33,535 nt of DNA from the NCBI GenBank assembly GCA_002269645.1, contig NIVC01003758.1, positions 1 to 33,535 of the forward strand, in the 5' to 3' direction. Positions 1 to 12,112 of this stretch are shown here, piece after piece; within the stretch, counting starts at the first letter, position 1, and each line of letters begins with the position of its first letter. This DNA comes from Macrostomum lignano (Eukaryota). The position numbers and the translations under genes were made by a program. Below the pieces are notes generated by a model. It was not told where the DNA came from, searched no databases, and worked only from the letters and a program-made list of their open reading frames with translations.

Positions 1-821
1 GACTTGCTTCAGCCGAGACTGCAGCAGCGGCCGGAGCGACAAACGCCGAAGCCGAGTTGCCTTGTCGGGTGGCCCAGTATTTTCGACGTCGTGGACTTTC
101 CATTGAAACTTCTACCAGTCACAATGGTGACGATCGGACGATCCACAAGGAGGCTTCAGTGAAGTGTGGATATGACAAACGAGCTCGCAGCCAGCGACCT
201 TCTGTTAAACCGCAAAATTTATCAGCGAGGTAAGCAAAAAACCAAAGCTAAAAGATCCACAAGATCCGTTTCTGAATATAAATGATACGAGCGTAGCAAT
301 CGTAGTAGAGGATGAGCTGACGAACTTCTCAATGAAACAGAACTAGGGACTTTTAATTTTACATCTACTTCCCATTTTTCCCCGCAGGTGCTCCTCCAGC
401 TCAGCTCTTCCCGATGGCGCGCACTCATCCAGCTTGTGCTCCGCGGACCTTCACGGGCAGCATCGTCAACAGTACGCCAAGCAGCAACAGACACCGCAAG
501 GTCGACAGCGTCGCAAAAGTGTAACAACAACAACTTCGTCGGGAGCTGTTGACTCGGTTGACTCTGGCTTTACGAGTAGCAGGTGAGAAGCGAAATTAAT
601 CTACCACATAGTATAGAAACTCATGCTTAATACAGTAAAATAAAACTGCGAATTTCCACTTTTCCAGCGACCAGTTAGAAGCTGAGAGTGGATGTCGGTC
701 GAAAAAGCAGCAGTTCGGTGGTCGAAATCGCCCACTGCTTGACTGGTCCCGAGTTTCTCAACGCACGAAAGTCCAGCTTCCACCCAGTGGCTGCAAGCTG
801 GCCAAGAAACATTGCTGCTGA
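1..821 (+). CDS. 3' part of an unknown spliced gene (exons <1-229, 388-582, 668-821); Ser/Gln-rich low-complexity protein ending ...KLAKKHCC*
   Basis: Donors AG|GTAAGC (230) and AG|GTGAGA (583) and pyrimidine-rich acceptors ttttccccgcag (387) and cacttttccag (667) join three stop-free segments in frame (both introns phase 2). TGA at 819-821; AATAAA near 1018. No recognisable domain. Confidence 0.6.
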
Positions 822-1718
822 AGCTGCTTGTCTGTAGACAACGCGCGTCTTTTCAAATCTCAATGCAGCAAAACTGGTCTTTGAATGCACCCCTACTTTG
901 CTTGTTAAGTAATTCTCGTAATGAGCTGTCGAATAATGCATTGCACTCTACTGATAGTACAAATTAAATGTTTATAGCATCGCTATTAAGCATCGTTGTG
1001 CATCATTGTTTAAACTAATAAACTGCCTTAAAAAATATATTTTTCCGCTTTGTCTAAGATTTTAACTTTTAAACTACATGCAATTCAAAAAGCTGCACCA
1101 GCATGGAGCAGCCATTTCTTGTATATTAACTGGCCATATTTATTCCAAGATCCAGCTCACTTTCCCGCAGGAGACAGACTCTCCCGAATCGCTCTTAAAA
1201 GTAACCCACCTTCGTCCCGGGCCCGCTGGTCTGGAAGCAGGATGTCACAAGGAATGAAGCAGTGAGGCGGGTGGCCGGTCGGTCCTCCGTCTTCCCAATA
1301 CTTGTTTCCTCTCCACACTCTCCCGCTCTTCCCCGCTGCAGTTTCTCTGTCTCACTCCCTCGCTCAATCTCGTCTCCTCTTACCTCCGTCCCGCTTTTCC
1401 CAAACCGGAGTCGCCGCGTTAACCTCATTCGTCCCCGCGCCTCCTCACGACTCGGCTCTGGCCCAGCCTCCCCGCCCAGCCTCATCTCAACCCACCCAAA
1501 AAGCGAGTTTCGCTTCCCCTCGAGGCCAGACGCGAGAAGCGCTGCAGGATTAGGGATTATCTGGGTATGGGAGAGAAATCGAAGTCCTCTTCAATTCCAC
1601 CCCAGTTGGACGAGACATCACGGATGTGAAAAAGCAAGGCAGGTAAAACTAGGTTCGAATCCATTGCCCAGCTTGAGAGTCCCCGATTCACTCTCAAATT
1701 CTGGTTGAAGAATCGCGA

Positions 1719-4620
1719 ATGGAGCAACTTCAGACAGCTTTGAAGGGCCGGCTGCAGCAGCTGAGCGGCCCGAAGTCGGTCGGGCCTTCCGGAGGCTGCG
1801 GTCACGTCAACATCGCCATGGAGGCCAGCGATGCATCGTCGGCCGCTTCCGACGCGGAAAGTACTGGCAACGATGACGATGACGACGGGGAGAAGCGCGA
1901 TCGCCCCGCCAAAGACAGCCAAGCTGATGATGGGCAGCTGGGCGACTACCAGAAACACATGCCAGGTGATTTGGCAGACGTGCAGGACGACGCGGAAGAG
2001 TTAAGTGACGCTGACAATAGCAGCCTGTCAATCTCCGGATCGATGGGCCCGTGGCGGATCGTTCGGGCTCTGCTAGGTATGCTCAGTGAATTATTTAAGT
2101 TTAAACTTCTTGGGGTTGGTCTATGAAGCGTGTCCTGTACAGCATGATGCCGGGTCGTCAATAGACTCACAACGAGTTCTGTGCTTGGTTACCTTACCAA
2201 CCGTCACAAAGTTTAATAGTGCATTTTTCAGACGCTTCTCAAGCTATCATAAAAATATTTTTCCAACCAAACGAATGCAGTCCAACATTTTATCTTTAGG
2301 CAGTCGGTTCTATGCTGACACTGCTGCGGATAACGACGACACAGAAGCTGCAGTAACAGCAGCGGCAGCCGCAGAAGCGGCTCAGAGGTTCACCGCCTGG
2401 TCCCGTCGCCTCTGCTGGCGACAGTTTCATCGCCTGCGGCACCGCCAAAATCGTCGGTTCGCCGGTTTCGAGTCCGGATTGCTCATAGATCTGCTGTGTG
2501 TCTCCGCTGTGGCCGACACGGCTGGCCAGCGAGACCGTCTGGCTGTCCTCAAGGCAGCCATTCAAGCGGATGTCAATTCCGATGACATTGGAAACGACGC
2601 TGAAACCGACGGCAGTGACCGTGCTGGCAGCGGCCGAATCTTTCATCTGTGCCTGCGCGCTGCACTGAACGATGTCGACTGCTGGCTGTCGTTGTGGACA
2701 ACAGCTCTCGCTGATGAGTTGACAGCCCGACTGTCTCTGCCAGAGGGACTGGGAGTCCTGGCCATCGGTACCTGCGATCGAGTCTGTCTGGAGCCCGGAC
2801 GACCACTGGCTTTGACTCCTTGCTGCCGCCAGCGGGTCTGCCTTGCATGCCTCGCTGACCATGCTCGCTCGCGCCTGCTGGAGGGCCGGCCGCAGCCGCC
2901 GCCGTGTCCGCTCTGCCCTGCCGAGGCCGTTTTCAGCGTTGCTCAGCTGCGCTTTCTGTTGGCCAACTGCTGCAGTGGTTACTATGGCGACAATGGTCCG
3001 ATTTTTAACCGGCAGCTGCTGACGCTGCTTGATCGTCGGCTGGCAGACCAGGCGGTGGGCTCGGACAGCCGGACCTGCCCACACTGCGGCCTCCTGACGC
3101 CTCGACCACCACCAACGCCTTCGCAGCAGACGCAGCCCCCGATGGGGGCCCTTCAACAGCAGCCAACTACTGGTGCCGAGTCGGTACCAAATCCTAGCGG
3201 TGAAGACACTGACGATGTCTCCACAGTTGCCTGCACAGTTGCCTGCCAGCGTTGCTTTCAGGTAACTGCATTGACCTTGTATACCAGCTCTGGAGTGCAT
3301 TAGACTCACCAAGCCGTTGCACGACCAACAATAAAACCAATTTGGTTAGAATACTTTCCTGCATGTGCAACAACATATGCTCACCATCTTCATTTACAAA
3401 CACACAATTACCAAATCCACAGGCCTGGTGTTTCGACTGTCACGCTCCGCTCCACGCAGACCGCAGCTGCGCCAACTTCCGGCGCAGCCAGGACCAGCTG
3501 CTGGCGCAGTGGTGCAATGTAACCTATTCGGAGAACGGGCAGATTCTACGACGAGCTCAACGCTGCCCCCGATGCTGCGTCCTGATTGAGAAGGACTCCG
3601 GCTGCAACCACGTCATCTGCTCGCGCTGCGGTTACGAATTCTGTTACGCCTGCAGAGCACCACACCACGCTGGTGACTGCGTTCCCCTGGACCTCGCCGA
3701 GGCAGCTGCCCAGCGTTCCCGGAACGCTCGACTCTGTCGACAGTTTCGCTTCTGGGAAGAGTTCAATCGTTCAGTGCCGCTAGCTCGGCCCTGCCCCGGC
3801 CCGTCTTGTCGCTACTTCGTTGCCCTGCCTGAGACGTCAGTGCGCCGAACTCCCTACGATTGGGAAACTCGCTGCGATCTGTGCCAGGTTGTTTTCTGCT
3901 ACCTGTGCGGCACCCGGTCACACGTGGGCCTGCACTGCCCGATTGTGAAACGCCGGTTAGAGGAAATGACCACCGAGATGGTCACCGATCCGGTCAGTGG
4001 ACTGCAGCTGTCCCGATCCCGACAGTGTCCCCGATGTTCCGCCCTGGTTCCACTGCCGCTGGGCCTCGATCTGCATCACCAGCAGCAGCAACAGCAGCAG
4101 CAACAGCAGCTACAACCGGCGCAGCACCAGCAAGAAGAGTTCTGCAGCCGCTGTCTCGAGTGCTCGCACGTCTTCTGCTATCGCTGCGGCGAGAGCTGGT
4201 CGCCGGAGTTGAGCTGCTACTTGCTGATGTCTCAACAGCACGTCGAGTCAATCTTTGGCGGTCACACTGACGCGCTAAGCGTGTTCGGATGCCGCTACAT
4301 CTACCAGAGGGACCGACCCGCGCTCAGGCGCACAATGCGAGGCCTTCGACTGCGTGAGAGTTTTCACTGAGTCTAGGTGGATTTTTTAGTCGAAGATCAA
4401 TCGTAAATTATCTGGTACAATCATTACCTGATTTATGACTCATTGTCAACCGGATTTATTGCTCCCTCTCTTTTCAGTCGGCATTGTTCTGCTACTAATA
4501 ATAGCCGTGGCCCTACTGTCGCCATTCATCGTGGCATTCCTCGCCATCGCTGTTATTGTCGTAGTTGTTGCCGGAATTTTCATCCTGGCCTACAAAATCT
4601 TCCGTCGATTGGGAAGATGA
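1719..4620 (+). CDS. RNF217: RNF217-like RBR E3 ubiquitin ligase with C-terminal transmembrane anchor and an extra IBR-RING2 module (exons 1719-2076, 2300-3261, 3423-4353, 4478-4620; about 797 aa)
   Basis: All three GT-AG introns restore frame (phases 1, 0, 1). Domains seen: RING1-like (C..CCRQRVCLAC..CPLC), IBR (CPHC..CQRC|FQAWCFDCHAPLH..C) and RING2 with catalytic-type motif EKDSGCNHVIC. The tail FGGHTDALSVFGCRYIYQRDRPALRRTMRG followed by a long hydrophobic segment resembles, from recall, the RNF217 C-terminus (FGDHTSNLSIFGCKYRYLPERPHLRRLVRG + TM). Start codon and exon 1 are less certain. Confidence 0.8.
4080..4109 (+). repeat. CAG/CAA polyglutamine tract (Q10) inside the RBR gene
   Basis: cag cag cag caa cag cag cag caa cag cag in the coding frame. 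Confidence 0.9.
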
Positions 4621-5674
4621 CGTTCAAGGACCACACGAAGTTACTGTTAACTAGAAGTGGTCCTTGATGACGGCATCGGGGGAAGAATACGTCGACTGCC
4701 GATTACTGTACTGCGGTAGTTGCTCTGTTCGCTTTGTTGCAAGAAACTTTCTTGAACTTCTTGAACTTGAACAGTTGCAGCTGCACCTTATGATGAACCA
4801 ATAGCTAGTAGCCCTTGCTCGCACCTCGTTGCACCAATTATTATTAAGCAAGGCTCACTTGATGTTATTGATTTTGAATCAAATTTTAAAGATTTGAAGG
4901 ACGAAAACCCAGTGCCACGGATCAGTCAACTACGAGCGTAGCCTACTAGCTTAGTCTATCGCGTCACTAATTTGATTTTGCATGTATTTTCTGCAAAAAG
5001 TACAAAAAATATACACGTGTAAGCGTACATCCTGCAGATTTCGCTTTTACGAGCCGTAGTTTTTTCAATCAGTTTTAAGCAGTCTTTAACTGGGGCAAAG
5101 CAACGGGGGCCGTAAGCGGGAAATCACACGCCTTGGTAGACTGTTGGCCCTGCTGTAAATCATTGGGTGGATGGTTGCTCCTACTGGTAGCATCCCAGCA
5201 AGTTAGTCACAAGTGCAAATGAAAGCACCCAAGTGAACTGCACGATTTTCAGACACTAGAGTTTTCTTCAGACAGTCACAAGCTGTTGGTTTAGTATCCT
5301 TAAGGGGCTGCTCAAAACAGACAGACTGGATACATCGACCGAAGCCAGCAGCAGCAACAGCAACTGCGACAAAAGGAATTTCTCACACCTTATTTCTTCT
5401 GCAAAGAGCAGAGCAGAATTCCTGACTCAAGTTGAGTCTCGCACACCTGCGGCTTTTACTTAAGAGTGCTGCAGAAGTGTCTCACACTCAGGCTTGCAGC
5501 AGAATGGCGGTCGATAATCGATGTCTCTGAAGATGAGATGCATCCATGCGAGCAAGTATTCATGCTTTATGGCAAGATGCCTTGAGTTTCTTTTTCCTCA
5601 GTGTTGTTCCCCACTTTGTCGCAATAATAAATATTAACTGGTTAATAGTGCACCTGCGTTTATGAATGTAACTA

Positions 5675-6658
<984 letters not shown>

Positions 6659-7332
6659 GTTTTTTAGGTGCTGAACTCCCCAAGGGGATCACGACACTAT
6701 GCTCAGCCGGCTTAGCAAAGCAAGAAAGGATAATGACAAAGCCATAGGTATTAAGATGCTAGAAAAGGAAAGACAAAAACTGGCTGAAACAGGATACTGC
6801 ATGAAGAGTTGCGGTGAATATCAATATGCCCTAAATCGAATATGTGCGACCACGCCCATGTATAATGCTTCTAGCATAATTCTTAGATACTTGAGTAGAG
6901 GTGGGCAGACAGCATAAGACTATCTAAATGGCATGCCGCAGATTCTACAGAATTATTGTTGGCATTTTATTTGAATACAAAAGCGCCGTGTGGCCTGCAA
7001 CCTATAATTAACTGGGCGTAGTTTTCTTAGGCGTATGTTGACAGAGCATTAGATGTGTCAGACAGATGTCAAAGAGGCAACTCCGTAGGCAAATGTTCGC
7101 CTTATAACACGGCGAGTCGCCGTCGTAGTAGCTTAATTCTAAAACAGGACGGATGAGTGCGCCATCGGGAAATGTCGGATACGAATTATCAAGCTGTCAT
7201 CCTGGCTGCCTTGCAAATCATGGCGCGGCAGTGGGGAATGCGAACACTATATATACACTGCAGTTAGTGCTAGAATCTCGGCAAGACTCGCGTGTGTGTT
7301 GGACCAACTGCTAGCAACGCAAATATTGGAAA

Positions 7333-7912
7333 ATGCATCTCAAAGGAACAGTTGCTCAAATGCTTCTGCTGTTCAGCATCTGCACCTTCACAGTCTGCCT
7401 GCTGTCTGCTGGCAGAGCAGACGCCCTGCCCAGATCCGTAAGTTATTTGTGCAGTGTAATTGATATGTTTCACTTGGTCTACTTCCAGTAGCATGCATTT
7501 TTCATGGGATATTTTATTGGGCAAAGCAGCTCTGTACTTAATTACGCTTCTGGTTCTAATCGCGCCGAAGTACCCAAGTTCGATTTCGAGCGAGGCCATT
7601 TGGTACTTTTGCACAGAAATTGCCCTGTGGCTTGCCTAATTCTCCCAATTCAGGGTATGCCTCTCCGTGTGCCTGCGGATGCTTCTTGCTAAAGCCTATG
7701 GAAACTAATTACTTGAAAATGCTATAAGAATGCAAGCTTTACTTCTTATACTTCAGAGCGACAAAGGCGACCTGCAGAGCCTGATCGACAAGCTGGTCAA
7801 TGAGGACTCCAGTCCAAGCGAAGCTCGATCCCTGCAGCCGAGCTCCAGCGACCTTCAAAAGTACAACTGGCTGCTCAACAAGTACGGGCCCTACGTTCAG
7901 TACGGCAAGTGA
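7333..7912 (+). CDS. Small secreted (neuro)peptide precursor, 86 aa (exons 7333-7437, 7757-7912), with a signal peptide and C-terminal ...YGPYVQY-G-K* amidation signal
   Basis: Exon 1 encodes MHLKGTVAQMLLLFSICTFTVCLLSAGRADALPRS (hydrophobic core, A-x-A cleavage) and ends at a perfect GTAAGT donor (7438). Acceptor cttatacttcag (7756) is phase 0. Exon 2 encodes SDKGDLQSLIDKLVNEDSSPSEARSLQPSSSDLQKYNWLLNKYGPYVQYGK*. Confidence 0.75.
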
Positions 7913-8118
7913 AGCCAGCCGAACAAAGACAATGGCGAGTGAAGTCGAAATTGCATGTGAACTGCTAGATTCTATCATTTTAGAAGGTGAAAATGATTCA
8001 GTGTCGCCATGAAAGATATTTATTAATGACAAATTTTATCAACAGAAAAATATACCAGAACAAGAATTGACTATTTAAGTTTCTACCGTTGAATTATCAA
8101 TTTTGCATTCTTTTACCA

Positions 8119-8450
8119 GGGGTTGCAGCCTACTAGTGGTTAGAGCGTCGAAGTCACGACTTGAATTTCGGGGGTTCCCGGATTCCCGATTCCACTGGAA
8201 CAATTTGTGTCCTTCAGCAAGGCACTTAATTCTGCATTGCTTCAGTTCACCCAGCTGTAAAATGGGTGCCAGCATTAGCTGGGGTAATTGAGGGTGTGTG
8301 GCGACCCCACAGTCCTTGGACTGAACAACCGTACGCAATAGCTGTGGCTGAGCTATCCGTGTTTGCACATCCGACCAAATTTGGCGCAAGAGGTAATCTA
8401 TTATTATTTAATATTAATATCAATTCTATTAATATTAGTATAATTATTAC
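8119..8450 (+). mobile_element. tRNA-derived SINE, copy A (CORE-like central domain, TTA-rich tail)
   Basis: Head ggggttgcagcctactagtggttagagcgtcg (A-box-like). Central gcaaggcacttaattctgcattgcttcagttcacccagctgtaaaatggg resembles the MIR/CORE domain. Near-identical body in inverted orientation at 8809-9127 and 15215-15510. Confidence 0.85.
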
Positions 8451-8808
8451 ATATACAAAGAAAACATACTACTATGAAGATACAATTGTCAGTAGTGTAA
8501 AATACAGTTAACAAAGAAGAATAAGCAGGCCGAAATAAAGCAGTGCATGCAGTGACGAACACAAATATTCTGAACTAGAAGGGGCTGAAGTAAAAGTTTG
8601 GACAGGTCAGTCTAAGTCCAAAATTCACTTGTCAATTTTTTATGCTTAACGAAGGTTCAGCAAGGAAATATTTGGTAAACTTATAGCATCCGTGCGTTTG
8701 AAGATAGCGTAGCCAAAGTTATTCTGCAGTGGGCCTAGTAACTTTAACAAACCGCATTTCTTAGAATTAGCTAGCCAACAAGTTTTGCTATTAAATATTA
8801 AAATTAAC

Positions 8809-9127
8809 AATAATAATAATTGATTACGCCTGCCCCAATAGCCAGATGTAAAACCGACAGCTCGGCCGCAGCTAGGGCGCCGCAGCGCCGGATCTGAAGG
8901 CTGCGTACGGCTGTTCAGTCCAAGGACTGTGGGGTCGCCACACACCCTCAATTACCCCAGCTAATGCTGGCACCCATTTTACAGCTGGGTGAACTGAAGC
9001 AATGCAGAATTAAGTGTCTTGCTCAAGTGTCTTGCTCAAAGTCACAATTGTTCCGAGTGGGTCCGAGAATCGAACCCCCGACCTTTCAGTCGTGGGTCCG
9101 ACGCTCTAACCACTAGGCTACAACCCC
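8809..9127 (-). mobile_element. tRNA-derived SINE, copy B
   Basis: The reverse complement reads ggggttgtagcctagtggttagagcgtcgg...ggttcgattc (A and B boxes), followed by the same body as copy A and a (TTA)n tail. Contains a small internal duplication (tgtcttgctcaa x2). Confidence 0.88.
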
Positions 9128-9128
9128 C

Positions 9129-9288
9129 TGAGGCTGAAACTCCCTGAGGCTACAACCCCCTGAGGCTACAACCCCCTGAGGCTACAACCCCCTGAGGCTA
9201 CAACCCCCTGAGGCTACAACCCCCTGAGGCTACAACCCCCTGAGGTTACAACCCCCTGAGGCTACAACCCCCTGAGGCTACAACCCCC
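9129..9288. repeat. 16-bp minisatellite (tgaggctacaaccccc) x10, abutting the 5' end of SINE B
   Basis: tgagg recurs every 16 nt from 9129 to 9273. The unit contains the terminal bases of the SINE head. Confidence 0.95.
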
Positions 9289-9946
9289 TTTGCCAATAAA
9301 CAATCAACTTTACAAAAATTCGAAATCTAGATCAGATCCTAAACGAACGGACCATCGACGGTTCCTGTAGGAAAGTTCCTGTAGCCTGTAGCTGTCGGAC
9401 ACAGGACCTACGGAGAAGCTGGAGTACTCAGCACAGCTCTCCATACCGTTTCACAGCTTCATCAGGCTCAGAAGTGTCTTTGGGCCACTTTTAGTGAAAT
9501 AATTAATAGCGTCAAGACCTTATATACAACGATTCTCAACAATGTTAAATTCTAACTGATCTTATAGATTCACCGATCCAGTAGTATCGGTGAGTAGTAG
9601 AGTGAAAAGTAATCTGCACTCACATTGTTCTTAGTTGCCTAATTTTTAGTATATAGGATAAGAGGTTCCACAGCTCTATGAGTCAAATTTCTCTAAAGTT
9701 AATTAAAAAATCGAGGTCATTAAAAGTGGGTTGCAGAAGTATCCGGTTAATATTTATTTATTTTTCATATTAAATTGGTTAACAATCGAGTTGTCACTGT
9801 AATATGCTCTGTCTTTAAGACTCCTAGAATATTGAGTTTTTTGCGTAGCGTTGCAGCGTTGGCGTTATAGTTCCGTAACGTTGCATACGAATTTAGTCAT
9901 TATTCATTTCAAATTGACGTAGATGTCAGCCAAATCCCGGACAAAA

Positions 9947-11049
9947 TCACGGACTCTGGCCCCGGGGCGCAGCGTTTGGGTTGGCAGCTTCGAGGCCTCG
10001 AGCTGATCTGCTGCTGCAGCCAAAGATCTCACGGAATGCCCGACGAAATTGACGGCTCTTCCACAGCAGAACAATCCAGTTCACCGACTGATTGAACAGC
10101 ACAAGAACTCTTCCGATATCGACAATGCCCCAAAGCATCTTCTGGAAGGCAATTGAAGTCTCTGCGCCAATGATTGTCAGTGTCATGTTGATGAGGTTGC
10201 CCAAGACAGTTGGTATCGAGCAGACAAGCAGCACAGCGGACAGGGCCACACAAATAATGGTGTTGGTGAGCTTGTTCTCACCTGATCCCGCTCGAATCTA
10301 GCCTGCTCAGCCACAATATCCCTCATCTTGCAAATGAGGAATCCATTTGCTATCAAAATTATGAAGAACTCAACAGCCGCTGGGAGAACAAAAAGGCTTA
10401 CATAGGTGTAAAACACCGTGTACTGCCAGCCTTCAAGGGAAAAGAAGCAAACAGTCGAGTCGCCCCAAATAACCCAACGAAACTGCGAGCCGTAGGGAGC
10501 AGCCAGAGCCGCGCTGAGGATGGCAGCAAAGAGACACACCTTCATCGAAGTCTTCGCCGATACCGTCTGGAACTTCAACGGGAAATACACTGTCAGACAC
10601 CTGTCAACCACCATCACAAGGAACAGAACGCTGGAGCTGACGCTGAACAGTGCTTCAAGATGGCGCACAATGGTACAGGCAGCATCGGACGCGTTCACAT
10701 GAAAGAAACCAATTCTAGCGCCGCTGACCCAAGGCAGACCCTTGGCCAAGAACATCCACATTAATCCAACAATGAAGAGGTGGAAATTGTCAGAGATGGC
10801 GATGACACTGAAGTACACACCTTGACGCGTCAGAGGCCGCAGCTTCTTCAGGTAGATATAAGTAGTAAGACTGTTCCCGACGAATCCGCCTACCAAGAAG
10901 ATTGGGAGAATGATTCCGGACAGGAATCCCAGCACGGTGTTGATCCTGCAGAACGACACAGCCTCGGGAGCATTGCTCCAGCAGTCGATAAACAGAAACT
11001 GCAGGCTATCGATGAACTTCCGCGGCTTGTCAATCGTATCGTTCGACAT
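9947..11049 (-). CDS. Intronless class A (rhodopsin-like) peptide-receptor-like GPCR, about 367 aa; 1-nt frameshift near 10290 (pseudogene or assembly indel)
   Basis: Motifs seen: N-glycosylation site NDT after the first ATG (11049), TM1 FVGN, TM2 IAISD, TM3 C...DRC, TM5 LP. In the next frame, ENKLTNTII leads to TM6 CSIP and TM7 NQSVNWIV..SRQFR. The two ORFs (10183-11148, 9947-10249) together give 7 TMs. Confidence 0.85.
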
Positions 11050-12112
11050 TTCAAAGGCGTGTTGATGGGATCCCGGCGATGTGAGATCGGCCGGTTCACC
11101 TCGATGTGTATTTATTTCCTGCGCAGATCGCAGAAAATGATCGGCCAAGGGGGATCTGGGGTCACGCGCATTTTTTCCTTTTGAATAAATTGCAAAAGCA
11201 TTTGTGCAAAAATATTGGGTGATCGCCTATCAGTGGATGTGGCTCTTCCACAGCATCAAGTGATTCAATATCGTAATCAAGCACGATACCCGTTTGCGAT
11301 CATTTAAACGCTTTGCTCTCTCAATCAAATAATTGACATTCCGGAATTCGTCTCCTTTAATTATTATTTTTCAGTTGAATGAACAGAGCCGCAAAAGTGA
11401 GGCATTAAATTGCCTCAATTGCTTTCCTGTGGTTGTTAAAATCTTCTGCATGAGCGTCACTTTTCGATCAGTGTGGGCTGGTCATAGCATTGGTATAGTC
11501 GATTATTATGGACATTGTTATTTGGGAATCTCGTGCTTTTTCAAGCATTCTCGAGTCGGCTCGAGTGCTGCAACGTCCGCATACAAATAGCGTCGATGTC
11601 TCAGCACCAGGATGCTACGCCATAACGCTTGATAGTCCGGAAGCTGTGTACGGTGCTTATATCGCTGCTGCTGCCTAATGTTTGTCCCGCTTGTGACTTC
11701 TCGTGAAGCCATCTTGCTGGAAGTTTGTGAACTGCGCTCGTATGAGAATCAGTGAAGTTAAGCTACGTAGCTTAAGTAGCTTAATACTAGTAGTTCAATA
11801 CCTAATGTTAAGTATTAGGTAGTCGCCGGGCAAAGCCATCGGCAGTCCAGTCTTCTCTTGCACTTCTCTAAGGGCGGAGATCACCGCATAAAGAGGTGTA
11901 GCCCACGCAGAGGGGGCCAGGTGGGCCGCGGCCTCTTTAGTCGCCCCACAAAGTCGTGCTCCCCAAAAAAACTCAGTGAAAGAGAAAACCAAGCTAGACA
12001 AATGACAGGAGCTCAACTTTTATCACTTGAAAAAAGACATGGCATGCACCGGCCTAGAAGATAGCTAGGGGCGCGCCCATCAAGAGACTGACCAAGCGCC
12101 ACCAAGAGCCAC

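Noticed and set aside
1179-1560. Pyrimidine-rich region with several overlapping ORFs
   Set aside because: Low-complexity translations and no splice-consistent model; may be a promoter/UTR or repeat, but I cannot support a call.
2296-3312. 338-aa minus-strand ORF
   Set aside because: Antisense shadow of the GC-rich RBR exon; no domain features.
9050-9127. Possible tRNA gene (also about 8119-8190 and 15440-15510)
   Set aside because: A/B-box heads are attached to a shared SINE body and tail, and no convincing complete cloverleaf is seen.
9129-9288. Possible CRISPR array
   Set aside because: Head-to-tail 16-mers with no unique spacers, in eukaryotic context with no cas genes.
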